The position numbers were made by a program, and so were the translations under genes. The notes below the pieces were generated by a model that ran no database searches, was not told the origin of the DNA, and saw only the letters and a list, made by a program, of their open reading frames with translations. A DNA stretch of 61,769 nucleotides, the filler included. It is 6 parts of 6 records of this genome, joined end to end, with 100 filler letters (N's around TTAATTAATTAA, not from the genome) between each part and the next. Parts side by side here need not be neighbours in the genome. Positions count along the whole stretch, not along the records: positions 21,409 to 31,352 come from SRR31156797_15363; positions 31,453 to 47,531 come from SRR31156797_15394; 4 more parts are not named here. One strand, given 5' to 3'. Shown one piece after another: positions 29,913 through 38,470 of this stretch (position 1 is its first letter; each line of letters opens with the position of its first letter).

Positions 29913-30594
29913 ATTTTTTTGCGGCGGCAGTGGCAAGGCTGTCAGCCCTTTCATTGCCCGGAATCCCGGAATGCCCCTTGGTTTTTATGAACCGGAGGCG
30001 GTTGAACCGGTTCATCAGGGTTCGTATCTCATTGATCAACTCGCTGTTCATGTTCGGCTTCCATCCCTTTGTCAGGACACCGATGCAATAGGATGAGTCC
30101 GTGTGGATCTCAACGGGAAGATCCGTTCGCTTCAGCTCTTCAAGGGCACGTTTTATGGCCGTAAGCTCAGCCACGTTGTTGGTGGCGATCCCAATGGATT
30201 CACTGATCTCCTTTTCATGGCCGCCAAACAAAAGCAGTGCGCCGATGCCCGCCGGGCCGGGATTTCCGGACGATGCTCCGTCCGTATAGATTACGATAAC
30301 CCCTGGCGGCGCTTCCACGGCGGGAGGGGTCGGCTCTTTTTTGGGCAGGAAGGAGCGCGGTCCCTTGGTTTTGTCTTTCTTCTCCTTTTTAGAGGACGGC
30401 CTGGGGACGGCCTCGCTTTCGGGACCAAGGCTGTCGGGGCTTACCCGGTATTCATAGTCCTGGTTGAGGCTGTACTTGATCCGGACCTTGCCCTGGTTCA
30501 CCAGCAGTGCTTCCGTGTCCGACACTTCGGCCCACACCTTGTTTCCTTTGAAACTCATTCGTTTCCACGAGCCTTTGTCGTTACCATTACCCAT
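29911..30594 (-). CDS. rnhA: Ribonuclease HI with extra N-terminal domain (start re-set to ATG 30594)
   Basis: YTDGASSGNPG, TNNVAEL, TDSSY, KGHSG..GNERAD; ATG overlaps the upstream gene's stop region. Confidence 0.9.
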   Translation of the reverse strand: MGNGNDKGSWKRMSFKGNKVWAEVSDTEALLVNQGKVRIKYSLNQDYEYRVSPDSLGPESEAVPRPSSKKEKKDKTKGPRSFLPKKEPTPPAVEAPPGVIVIYTDGASSGNPGPAGIGALLLFGGHEKEISESIGIATNNVAELTAIKRALEELKRTDLPVEIHTDSSYCIGVLTKGWKPNMNSELINEIRTLMNRFNRLRFIKTKGHSGIPGNERADSLATAAAKK

Positions 30595-31352
30595 ACAGCT
30601 GAAACTCCCGGGACATTTCCTTGAATTCGGCAGCCGGTTTTTTCCATGAGTCCTCCAGGGCATGGATGCCGTCCATCTCTTTCAGCTGGTCGGCCAGGCG
30701 CTCACTTCCCAGGATGAGATCCATGGGCCGCCTGTGGTATTCATATTCGTAGGGAGGTTCTTTCCATTGGAATTCCGCCGGATGACGCTGCATGATCTGC
30801 TGGAGGAGCATCAGGGATGTTCCATAGGGCCTGTATGTAGCAGGGGAGGTGACATGGATCTGAAATCCCCGGCATACCTGGCCCTGCCATTTACCCGAGC
30901 AGGGCTGGAAGCAGACCGGCCTTAACACGGCTCCGGAAATTCGTCCTTCCAGGTCGGCCAGGATTGGGTCCGTGTCCACAAAGGGAGCGCCGAACAGTTC
31001 AAAGGGCTGGGTGGTCCCCCTGCCTTCGCTGATGTTTGTTCCTTCAAAGATTACCTGGCCGGGGTAAACCATGGCCGAAGCCGGGGTGGGAAGGTTGGGG
31101 GAAGGGGCGACCCAGGGCAGACCGGTGTTGTCAAAAAACATGTCCCGGGTCCAGTTCTCCATGGGAATCACTTTCAGGTCGGCATCGATGCCGTGTTTCT
31201 TGTTGAACAAAAGGGCGATCTCGCCGACCGTCAGGCCGTGGCGCATGGGGATGGGGTACCTTCCCACAAAGGAGGCGCAGTTCTCTTCGAGGATATTGCC
31301 CTCTACCTGCACACCGCCCACGGGGTTGGGGCGGTCCAGGATCACCACGGAT
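30587..31352 (-). CDS. NamZ/DUF1343 exo-beta-N-acetylmuramidase-like (5' truncated)
   Basis: LDRPNP, RHGLTVGE, PSPNLPT, EGTNISEGRGT. Confidence 0.88.
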
Positions 31353-31452
31353 NNNNNNNNNNNNNNNNNNNNNNNNNNNNNNNNNNNNNNNNNNNNTTAA
31401 TTAATTAANNNNNNNNNNNNNNNNNNNNNNNNNNNNNNNNNNNNNNNNNNNN
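31353..31452. other. Artificial contig spacer
   Basis: N run with TTAATTAATTAA. Confidence 0.98.
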
Positions 31453-31857
31453 TTTAAGACCCGCAAACAGTCTGGATGGTTGATGAATATTCAGTCCGTT
31501 CCAGCCCATGTGCGGGACGGAAAGATCGGTGGAGAATCGTTGTACGCCTCCTTGGATGAACCCCAACCCCGGCATGTCCGGGGCTTCTTCGCTTTTTTCA
31601 AACAAGGCCTGGAGTCCCAGGCAGATCCCTAAGAAAGGACGATCGGCTTCAAGATAGGCCGATAGCGGTTTGACGAAATTTTTCCGGTTCAGGATTTCCA
31701 TCATGTTGCCGAAGGCGCCGACCCCTGGGAAGACCAGCTTTTCGGCGGAAAGGATATCATTTTCCGTATTAACCAGATGAACTTTTTCACCGAGGCTTTC
31801 GATGGCATTGATGACGCTTCTGACATTTCCGGCGCCGTAATCCAGCAACGTGATCAT
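31453..31857 (-). CDS. hisH: Imidazole glycerol phosphate synthase glutaminase domain (HisH or fused HisHF; 3' truncated)
   Basis: LDYGAGNVRS, FPGVGAF, GICLGLQ, VPHMGWN; start re-set to 31857 (GAGG RBS). Confidence 0.9.
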
Positions 31858-32015
31858 GTGTTGTTCCTCGTAAAGGGGGCAGAGTGCAGGGGGCAGCTGC
31901 CTTTTCTGCACCCTGACAACTGCACCCTGCAAACTTTTTGGGGGTTGCCTAATCGTAAGGGTTTGGGTTATACAAAATGCAGCTTTGAATGTAAAGTTTC
32001 GAAAGGATAGCCCAT

Positions 32016-32783
32016 ATGCGTGTCACCACTATTCAGATGGAAATTAAGGACGGGCCCAAGGAAGAAAATCTTGAAACCGCATTGGATCTGCTGGACCGGG
32101 CGCCCGAAAGCGAGTTGATCCTCTTGCCTGAGTTGTGGCCATGCGGGTATTTTTCATTCCATCGGTACCGGAGCGACAGTGAGACCATTGATGGTCCCAC
32201 GGTGTCCGCTTTCAGGGAAAAGGGTTCAGATCTGGGGATCCATATCCTGATGGGGAGTCTGGTGCTGCGGGAAGGTGAGAACTTGTTTAACGCGGCCCTT
32301 CTTCTGGGACCGGATGGCGGGGTTATGGCCCAATATCGAAAAATTCATCTTTTTGGGTACCAGTCGGATGAGCGGAAATTGTTGACCCCTGGTGAAAAGC
32401 CGGTGGTCGTGGATTTGCCCTGGGGTAAATTCGGGATTACCACCTGCTATGACTTGCGTTTTCCGGAGCTCTACAGATTGATGGTGGATCAGGGAGCCTG
32501 GTTTTTCCTGGTCCCTTCGGCATGGCCCCTGGCGCGGCTGGATGCCTGGAGACTGTTCAACCGTGCAAGGGCACACGAAAACCTCTCTTATCTTTTTTCC
32601 TGTAATTGCGCTGGAACAAATGACGGCAAACCCTTTGCCGGTCACAGCATGATCGTTGACCCCGGTGGAGAGGTGCTGGCTGAAGGCGGGGAAGGGGCAT
32701 GTTATGTTTCAGCCGAAATTGATCCCGGCCGGGTCCATACGGTGCGTAACGAATTTTCCGCGCTCAATGATCGCGTATTCTGA
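32016..32783 (+). CDS. Carbon-nitrogen (nitrilase-family) hydrolase
   Basis: LPELW, YRKIHLF, TCYDLRFPE catalytic triad motifs. Confidence 0.92.
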   Translation: MRVTTIQMEIKDGPKEENLETALDLLDRAPESELILLPELWPCGYFSFHRYRSDSETIDGPTVSAFREKGSDLGIHILMGSLVLREGENLFNAALLLGPDGGVMAQYRKIHLFGYQSDERKLLTPGEKPVVVDLPWGKFGITTCYDLRFPELYRLMVDQGAWFFLVPSAWPLARLDAWRLFNRARAHENLSYLFSCNCAGTNDGKPFAGHSMIVDPGGEVLAEGGEGACYVSAEIDPGRVHTVRNEFSALNDRVF

Positions 32784-32817
32784 TGATTGCGGGTTTTCTT
32801 ATATAAGGGGTATTTTT

Positions 32818-34032
32818 ATGGGCCGAGCCTATGATATCGGTTTGAAAGAGGCGCTTTCCTTGACCCTCGGTGCCATCGGAACATTGAAGCCGGTGCCGGT
32901 ACCTGTTCATGAGGGGTGTGGTTATGTGGCATCGGAGGATCTAATGGCGGTGGTGGATTGCCCATCGGTTACGTCTTCTTTGCGGGACGGCTATGCGGTG
33001 ATTTCAACCGATATCGAAAAAGCCTCCCGGGGAAAGGGTATTCCGCTCACGGTTGCCGGTACTCTGGCTGCGGGGGATACCTCCTTGAAGACCGTCCGGC
33101 CGGGCGAAACCATTCAGGTACTGACCGGCGCCATGATTCCAAGAGGCGCGGATGCCGTTGTGTCCGTTGAATTCACGGAACTTCAGGGCGACAGGGTCGT
33201 CTGCTATCGGGATGCGCCGTCCGGATGCAATCTTTTATTCCAGGGGAGCGACGTGGCGGCCCATGGCCTGATTGCAAACCGGGGGCAGCTGCTGACACCC
33301 GCGCTGACGGGCCTTCTGGCTGCCGGTGGCCTGGACCGGGTGAAGGTATTCCCATCCCCCCGTGTTGCCGTTGTGGCCACCGGCGATGAGGTGGTTGCTC
33401 CCGGAATCTCCCTTAAGCCGGGTCAGCTGTATGCCAGCAACATCGTAACCCTCTATTCGTGGTTGCGTCGTTTCGGAATGCCGGGAGAAATCGCTGTTGT
33501 TCGGGATGATCCCCATGAACTTAAAAAAACCTTCCAGGATCTCCTTTCAAAAAACGATGCTCTCCTGACCAGCGGTGGCGCATGGAAAAGCGAACGGGAC
33601 TTGACCACCCGGATACTGGATGAAATGGGTTGGGAGATGTTTTTTCACCGGGTTCGGATCGGTCCGGGAAAGGCTGTGGCCCTTGGGATCCTGGATGGCA
33701 AACCCATTTTCTGCCTTCCCGGCGGCCCCCCCTCCAATGAGATGGCATTTTTGCAGATTGCGCTCCCCGGGCTTCTCCGGATGGCGGGAAAACCGACCGC
33801 ACCTTTTCCTCTTAAAAAAGTACGGTTGGCGGAGGAGGTGAGCGGGGATGTCACATGGACCCAGTTTTTTCAGGCAACCCTTGAAAAAAGGGGAGGGGCG
33901 TGGTGGGGAATCCCGCACCGCATGAAGAGCCGGATTCAGTCCCAGGCCCGGGCCCAGGCCCTGATTAAAATTCCTGAAGGTGTGGAATGTGTGGCGATGG
34001 GAGATATTATTGAGGTTCAGACGCTTATATAA
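32818..34032 (+). CDS. moeA: Molybdopterin molybdotransferase (start re-set to ATG 32818)
   Basis: RDGYAV, TGAMIPRGADAV, ATGDE, TSGG, PGK, CLPGGP. Confidence 0.88.
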   Translation: MGRAYDIGLKEALSLTLGAIGTLKPVPVPVHEGCGYVASEDLMAVVDCPSVTSSLRDGYAVISTDIEKASRGKGIPLTVAGTLAAGDTSLKTVRPGETIQVLTGAMIPRGADAVVSVEFTELQGDRVVCYRDAPSGCNLLFQGSDVAAHGLIANRGQLLTPALTGLLAAGGLDRVKVFPSPRVAVVATGDEVVAPGISLKPGQLYASNIVTLYSWLRRFGMPGEIAVVRDDPHELKKTFQDLLSKNDALLTSGGAWKSERDLTTRILDEMGWEMFFHRVRIGPGKAVALGILDGKPIFCLPGGPPSNEMAFLQIALPGLLRMAGKPTAPFPLKKVRLAEEVSGDVTWTQFFQATLEKRGGAWWGIPHRMKSRIQSQARAQALIKIPEGVECVAMGDIIEVQTLI

Positions 34033-34049
34033 AAAGGTACTAACATAAC

Positions 34050-35084
34050 ATGAATACTGAAAATGAAATATCAGCCAACCTGGAAACCGGCTTGATACAG
34101 GTTTATACAAGCCCTTCAAAAAGGACCAATTATGCACCCTTTGGCCTGGCCCTCCGAGCATCCGGCCAGGGGTTTCGGACACTTATCATCCGTTTTACCC
34201 CCCATGATCTCATGAAGGGCGAAAAACAGGCATGTCGATCACTTGCGCCAAACCTGGTCATAGACGCTTCAGCCCTGGATGGGTTTGATCCAAAAGAGGG
34301 GTTGGCGGCGGAAAAGGCAAGGGATTCTTTCCGGAAAGCCAGGGCTGCCGCCATTTCCGGCGCCTTTGACCTGGTGGTCCTGGAAGGGGTTCTGGCGCCG
34401 GTTTCAACCGGCCTGATTCCGTTGAAGGAGATCCTTGGACTGATTGGGGAAAAAGCGGCCCATGTGGAGTTGATCCTTACCGGGCCTGAAGCTGCCAAAG
34501 AGATCATTGAAGAAGCGGATTTGGTGACGGAAATGGCGGTGCGCACCCTGTCCCACCGTAAAAATCAAGAACCCATCGAAGTGGTGACCGGCAAAGGAAA
34601 GGGGAAAACAACCTATTGCCTGGGAAAAGCCATGCTCATGAGCAGTATGGATGTGCCCTCTTTTATTCTTCAGGTGGTCAAGTCGCCCAAACCCTATGGA
34701 GAGATTATGGCCATTGAAAATTTGCCCGGGCTTGAGATTGAGACCATGGGAAAAGGGTTTGTGAACAAGGAAAATCCCGATGCGGACCCCAGCCATTGGG
34801 AAGCGGCCAGGGAAGCGTGGGAGCGGGGGAAAGAGATTATATTCTCCTCCCGCTACAAACTGGTGGTGTTGGATGAAATCAACATCGCCGTCAATTATGG
34901 TTTCATCCACCCTGATGAGGTGCAAGACCTGCTTTCAAAAAAGCCGAAGGGGGTGCATCTCATGCTGAGCGGGCGTTACGCAAAGACCGATGTGATGGAA
35001 CTGGCAACGGTTGTCATGGAAATGAAAGAGATTAAGCACCCCTTTAAGAAGGGCGTCGGCGCAAGAAGGGGGATCGAATACTGA
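34050..35084 (+). CDS. cobO: Tandem-duplicated CobA/CobO/BtuR corrinoid adenosyltransferase
   Basis: Two repeats: GLIQVYT..LILTG..ADLVTEM and TGKGKGKTT..LDEIN..LSGR..KHPF..GIEY. Confidence 0.85.
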   Translation: MNTENEISANLETGLIQVYTSPSKRTNYAPFGLALRASGQGFRTLIIRFTPHDLMKGEKQACRSLAPNLVIDASALDGFDPKEGLAAEKARDSFRKARAAAISGAFDLVVLEGVLAPVSTGLIPLKEILGLIGEKAAHVELILTGPEAAKEIIEEADLVTEMAVRTLSHRKNQEPIEVVTGKGKGKTTYCLGKAMLMSSMDVPSFILQVVKSPKPYGEIMAIENLPGLEIETMGKGFVNKENPDADPSHWEAAREAWERGKEIIFSSRYKLVVLDEINIAVNYGFIHPDEVQDLLSKKPKGVHLMLSGRYAKTDVMELATVVMEMKEIKHPFKKGVGARRGIEY

Positions 35085-35090
35085 TTTTTC

Positions 35091-36689
35091 ATGAGCGGGG
35101 CCAAATCGACCGAAATGAACTATAACCGTGTCGCGGGAACGGATGTTTATTTAAGCGCTGTGGGATTCGGCACCTGCCAACTGCGGCTTGTCCCGAAGCG
35201 GCAGGCGCTCAAGACCTTGAAGCGGGGGTTTCATCTGGGGGTCAACTGGGTGCACACGGCGCCTGATTATGACGGGACCCAGAATCTGGTGGCAAGGGCC
35301 GTCCGGGAATATGGAAAAGATGTGGTGATGCTTTCTCAAGGGTACGGGGACATGGCCCACTTTGAGTACCTTTTTGAGAACACATGTCGGATATTGGGCA
35401 AAAGCCGGCTGGAAATGTTCGGTATTGCCTGTATCGATGACCGGGAGTATCTGGGGGAAGATGTGTGGGGACCCACCGGTATGGTGGCGTACCTTGAGAA
35501 GAAAAAGGCGGAGGGCCGGTTGGGCGGCATTTTTTGCAGTACCCACGGGACCGCCGAATATATATCCCGTTTGATTCTTTCCGGCCGTTTCGATGCGGTG
35601 ATGATGGCCTACAATCTTCTTGGATTTCATCTCCTTTCATATTGTCCCACGGATCACAAAAAAGTTGAGAATATTCCCGAAAACGAACGTGTGATTTTCC
35701 CTCTTGCCGCAAAAGAGGGGGTCAGCCTGCTGATCATGAAACCGCTGGCAGGGGGACTTGTTACAAACAGTGCGGCTTTTCCACCCCACCATTCATTTTT
35801 CAACCCTTCAGAGCCGGTTTCAGCCACCGATCAACTGCGGTCCATATTGAAAAACCCTTCGGTCTGCGCCGTGGTTCCGGGGACCGCTTCCGTGGCGGAG
35901 GCGGAAGAAAACGCCCGTGCCGGGCACGGGCGTGGAAAGGCCGGAGTGAAATCGGATTCCCGAATCCCGGATGCCTTAAAGGCGCTTCAAAAAGGGCTTT
36001 GCCGTCGTTGCGGAGAATGCGAGACCCTTTGCAGCCGAAACCTTCCCGTTTCCTGGCTGTTTCGCGATGCCTACATTTCCCACTATCCATCGGAAACCTT
36101 TGAAACCATAGATGCCTTGCAGTACTTTCGCATCCATCCATGGCACAGGGCCCGGTGCAAATCCTGTAATGACAGAACCTGCCGTTGCCCGCACGGCATT
36201 GATATCCCCACCGCATTGGGTCATGTACACGAAAGGATGCTGACGCTGCGGGCTGAAAAACGGCTCCCCCTTGATGCCGAGGACCCGGCCAACCTGAGGC
36301 AAGGGTCATTTTCCGTGCGAATTCTTCGAACGGAAATCCCCCGGTCCATCCGTTCGGGGGAACGAAAAATTTGTCGGATTTTTTTGATGAATACCGGGGA
36401 ACTCGACTGGCCTTCACCTTCCGAAAATCGGACTGGCAGTCATGTGGCCTTATCTCTTTTTGTGGATGGAAAACCATGGAAAAAGGTCCCCTTGAGGCGG
36501 AATGTACCCCCGGGGGACCGGACCCATATTGTCTTTAACCTTAAAGGGCCTATCCGTTGCGGTCTGCATCGTCTTCAATTCCATCTGGCACATGAAGGGA
36601 AATCATCCGTTGTCAAGGCCCGGACCTTTTTATTGGATTCAGAGCTGGAAGTCTTAAAGGGCGGTGTATTTACATTGTTTCGATCATAA
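35091..36689 (+). CDS. Divergent aldo/keto-reductase-fold protein with Cys clusters and a C-terminal Ig-like (NBR1/FW-like) domain
   Basis: GFGT, MKPLAGG, VPGTASVAEAEEN; CRRCGEC...C and CKSC...CRCP; C-terminal NTG..W...VPPG..F. Confidence 0.75.
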   Translation: MSGAKSTEMNYNRVAGTDVYLSAVGFGTCQLRLVPKRQALKTLKRGFHLGVNWVHTAPDYDGTQNLVARAVREYGKDVVMLSQGYGDMAHFEYLFENTCRILGKSRLEMFGIACIDDREYLGEDVWGPTGMVAYLEKKKAEGRLGGIFCSTHGTAEYISRLILSGRFDAVMMAYNLLGFHLLSYCPTDHKKVENIPENERVIFPLAAKEGVSLLIMKPLAGGLVTNSAAFPPHHSFFNPSEPVSATDQLRSILKNPSVCAVVPGTASVAEAEENARAGHGRGKAGVKSDSRIPDALKALQKGLCRRCGECETLCSRNLPVSWLFRDAYISHYPSETFETIDALQYFRIHPWHRARCKSCNDRTCRCPHGIDIPTALGHVHERMLTLRAEKRLPLDAEDPANLRQGSFSVRILRTEIPRSIRSGERKICRIFLMNTGELDWPSPSENRTGSHVALSLFVDGKPWKKVPLRRNVPPGDRTHIVFNLKGPIRCGLHRLQFHLAHEGKSSVVKARTFLLDSELEVLKGGVFTLFRS

Positions 36690-36712
36690 AACGTCTTGAA
36701 TCAGAAGAACCC

Positions 36713-38452
36713 ATGAACCAGTATCGGACCCTACGGCGTCGAATCAAAAATCAAATATCCAGGGTTTCATCCGCGGTCGGCTTTAGAAAAGAACCCCCCG
36801 GGGACGTCAGGCATTACGGAGTTGTTTATGTCAACCATAACATTCCCCATCAATTGCGGGCGGGGAGTATTTATGGGGCCAGGATTACCTTGGAAAACAG
36901 TGGGGATTTTGCCTGGTGCCGGGATGATCCCAAGGGGAATCGTATCGATTTGGTATTGAGGTTCGGTGACCGGGTGGCCGGAACCTATCAGATGCCGAGA
37001 AGTATGGTAAATCCGGGCGAGCGGGTGATTCTTTCTTTTCCCTTAATGGTCCCCCTTGAGGAGGGACCGCACCCGGTGTCGCTGGAACTGGTGGCGCAGG
37101 GCATCGCATGGTTCAGTGACCAAGGGGTGTCGCCGCTGGCCATGACATTGATTTCCGATTCCTCCAATCATTTTTCATCCCATGACCCCCGTGTGGTTTC
37201 CAGAACCGTGAACCCGTGGCATTACCGGCCCACCGGGGGGATTGAGCAAAGCAGCGAGGGGATGAGCTTCCCCCTGTTCGTATCCAACGCCAAAGGATGT
37301 TATTTGTGGGATCAGGAGGGGCGCCCATATATTGACTATATCATGGCCTGGGGCAGTACCATACTGGGCTACGCGGATGATCGGATCCAGGAGGCCATCG
37401 GAGATGTTCTTGAAATGCCGCCGTTGACGCCTTTTCCAGGTTATCTGGAAATGGATGTGGCGCGGATGTTGACGGAAGATATCCCTTGCGCTGAAATGGT
37501 GGTTTTCGGTAAAAACGGTTCCGATGTCTGTACTGTTGCGGCAAGACTGGCGAGGCTTTTTACCGGAAAACGGGTTATTCTTTGCAGTGGCTATCATGGG
37601 TGGCAGGATTTCTGGGTTGAGGCGGACGGCTTTGGTGTAACGGGGGTTCCGGAGAGACCCGAACCGCTTATTCATCGATTCCGTTTTAATGACAGGGCGG
37701 ATTTTTTCTTTTATTTTAACCTTTTTAAGGGAGATCTGGCCGCCGTCATGCTTGAGCCTTCAGGGCCCGGGGAAAGCATACAGGGTCCCGAGCAGGATGC
37801 GGATAAGGATTTCCTGGCAACCATTGCCGAAGCGACGCGGTCCGTTGGGGCACTCCTGGTCTTCGACGAGATTATTACGGGGTATCGATATCCGTCCGGC
37901 AGCGTTCAGAAAGCAACGGGAATTGTGCCGGATCTCGCCTGCCTGGGAAAAGCCATCGGTTCGGGAATGCCGTTGGCCGCGCTCGTGGGAAGGCGTCATA
38001 TTTTCGAGCAATGCATGGAACGGACCCATTATGGTCCAACCTTCAAGGGTGAAGTCTATTCCTTTGCCGCGGCCAAAGCCGCCATTGGGATTTACCGATC
38101 CGAACCGGTAGCCGAGGCGGTCTGGGATTATGGAACAAAACTGAAAAAAGAGATCAACACCCTTTGCGCCCTGACCGGGGTGAATGCCGCCTGTAAAGGT
38201 CCGCCCTTTCGAATGGCGCTCATATTCCATGAAGCGGACGTGGATCGGTTGAGGTTAAAGCGGACCCTCTATATCCAGGAGCTTCTAAAACAGGGCGTCA
38301 CCACCTATAACGGCATTATGCTGCCGTCATACGCCCACGACGGGGAGGTCATGGGAAAGACCCTTGAAGCCATGGGGGAAACCCTGGAACGCGTGGCTTA
38401 CGCCGATGGGCAAAACAATTTCGAGCGTTATCTGGAAATTCCCGTTTTGTAG
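36713..38452 (+). CDS. Class III (GSA-aminomutase-like) PLP aminotransferase with N-terminal Ig-like domain
   Basis: KNGSD, GYHGW, FDEIITGYR, LGKAIG (PLP Lys); N-terminal NSG..W...VNPG..F. Confidence 0.85.
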   Translation: MNQYRTLRRRIKNQISRVSSAVGFRKEPPGDVRHYGVVYVNHNIPHQLRAGSIYGARITLENSGDFAWCRDDPKGNRIDLVLRFGDRVAGTYQMPRSMVNPGERVILSFPLMVPLEEGPHPVSLELVAQGIAWFSDQGVSPLAMTLISDSSNHFSSHDPRVVSRTVNPWHYRPTGGIEQSSEGMSFPLFVSNAKGCYLWDQEGRPYIDYIMAWGSTILGYADDRIQEAIGDVLEMPPLTPFPGYLEMDVARMLTEDIPCAEMVVFGKNGSDVCTVAARLARLFTGKRVILCSGYHGWQDFWVEADGFGVTGVPERPEPLIHRFRFNDRADFFFYFNLFKGDLAAVMLEPSGPGESIQGPEQDADKDFLATIAEATRSVGALLVFDEIITGYRYPSGSVQKATGIVPDLACLGKAIGSGMPLAALVGRRHIFEQCMERTHYGPTFKGEVYSFAAAKAAIGIYRSEPVAEAVWDYGTKLKKEINTLCALTGVNAACKGPPFRMALIFHEADVDRLRLKRTLYIQELLKQGVTTYNGIMLPSYAHDGEVMGKTLEAMGETLERVAYADGQNNFERYLEIPVL

Positions 38453-38470
38453 CGGATTGGGGGATTATCT

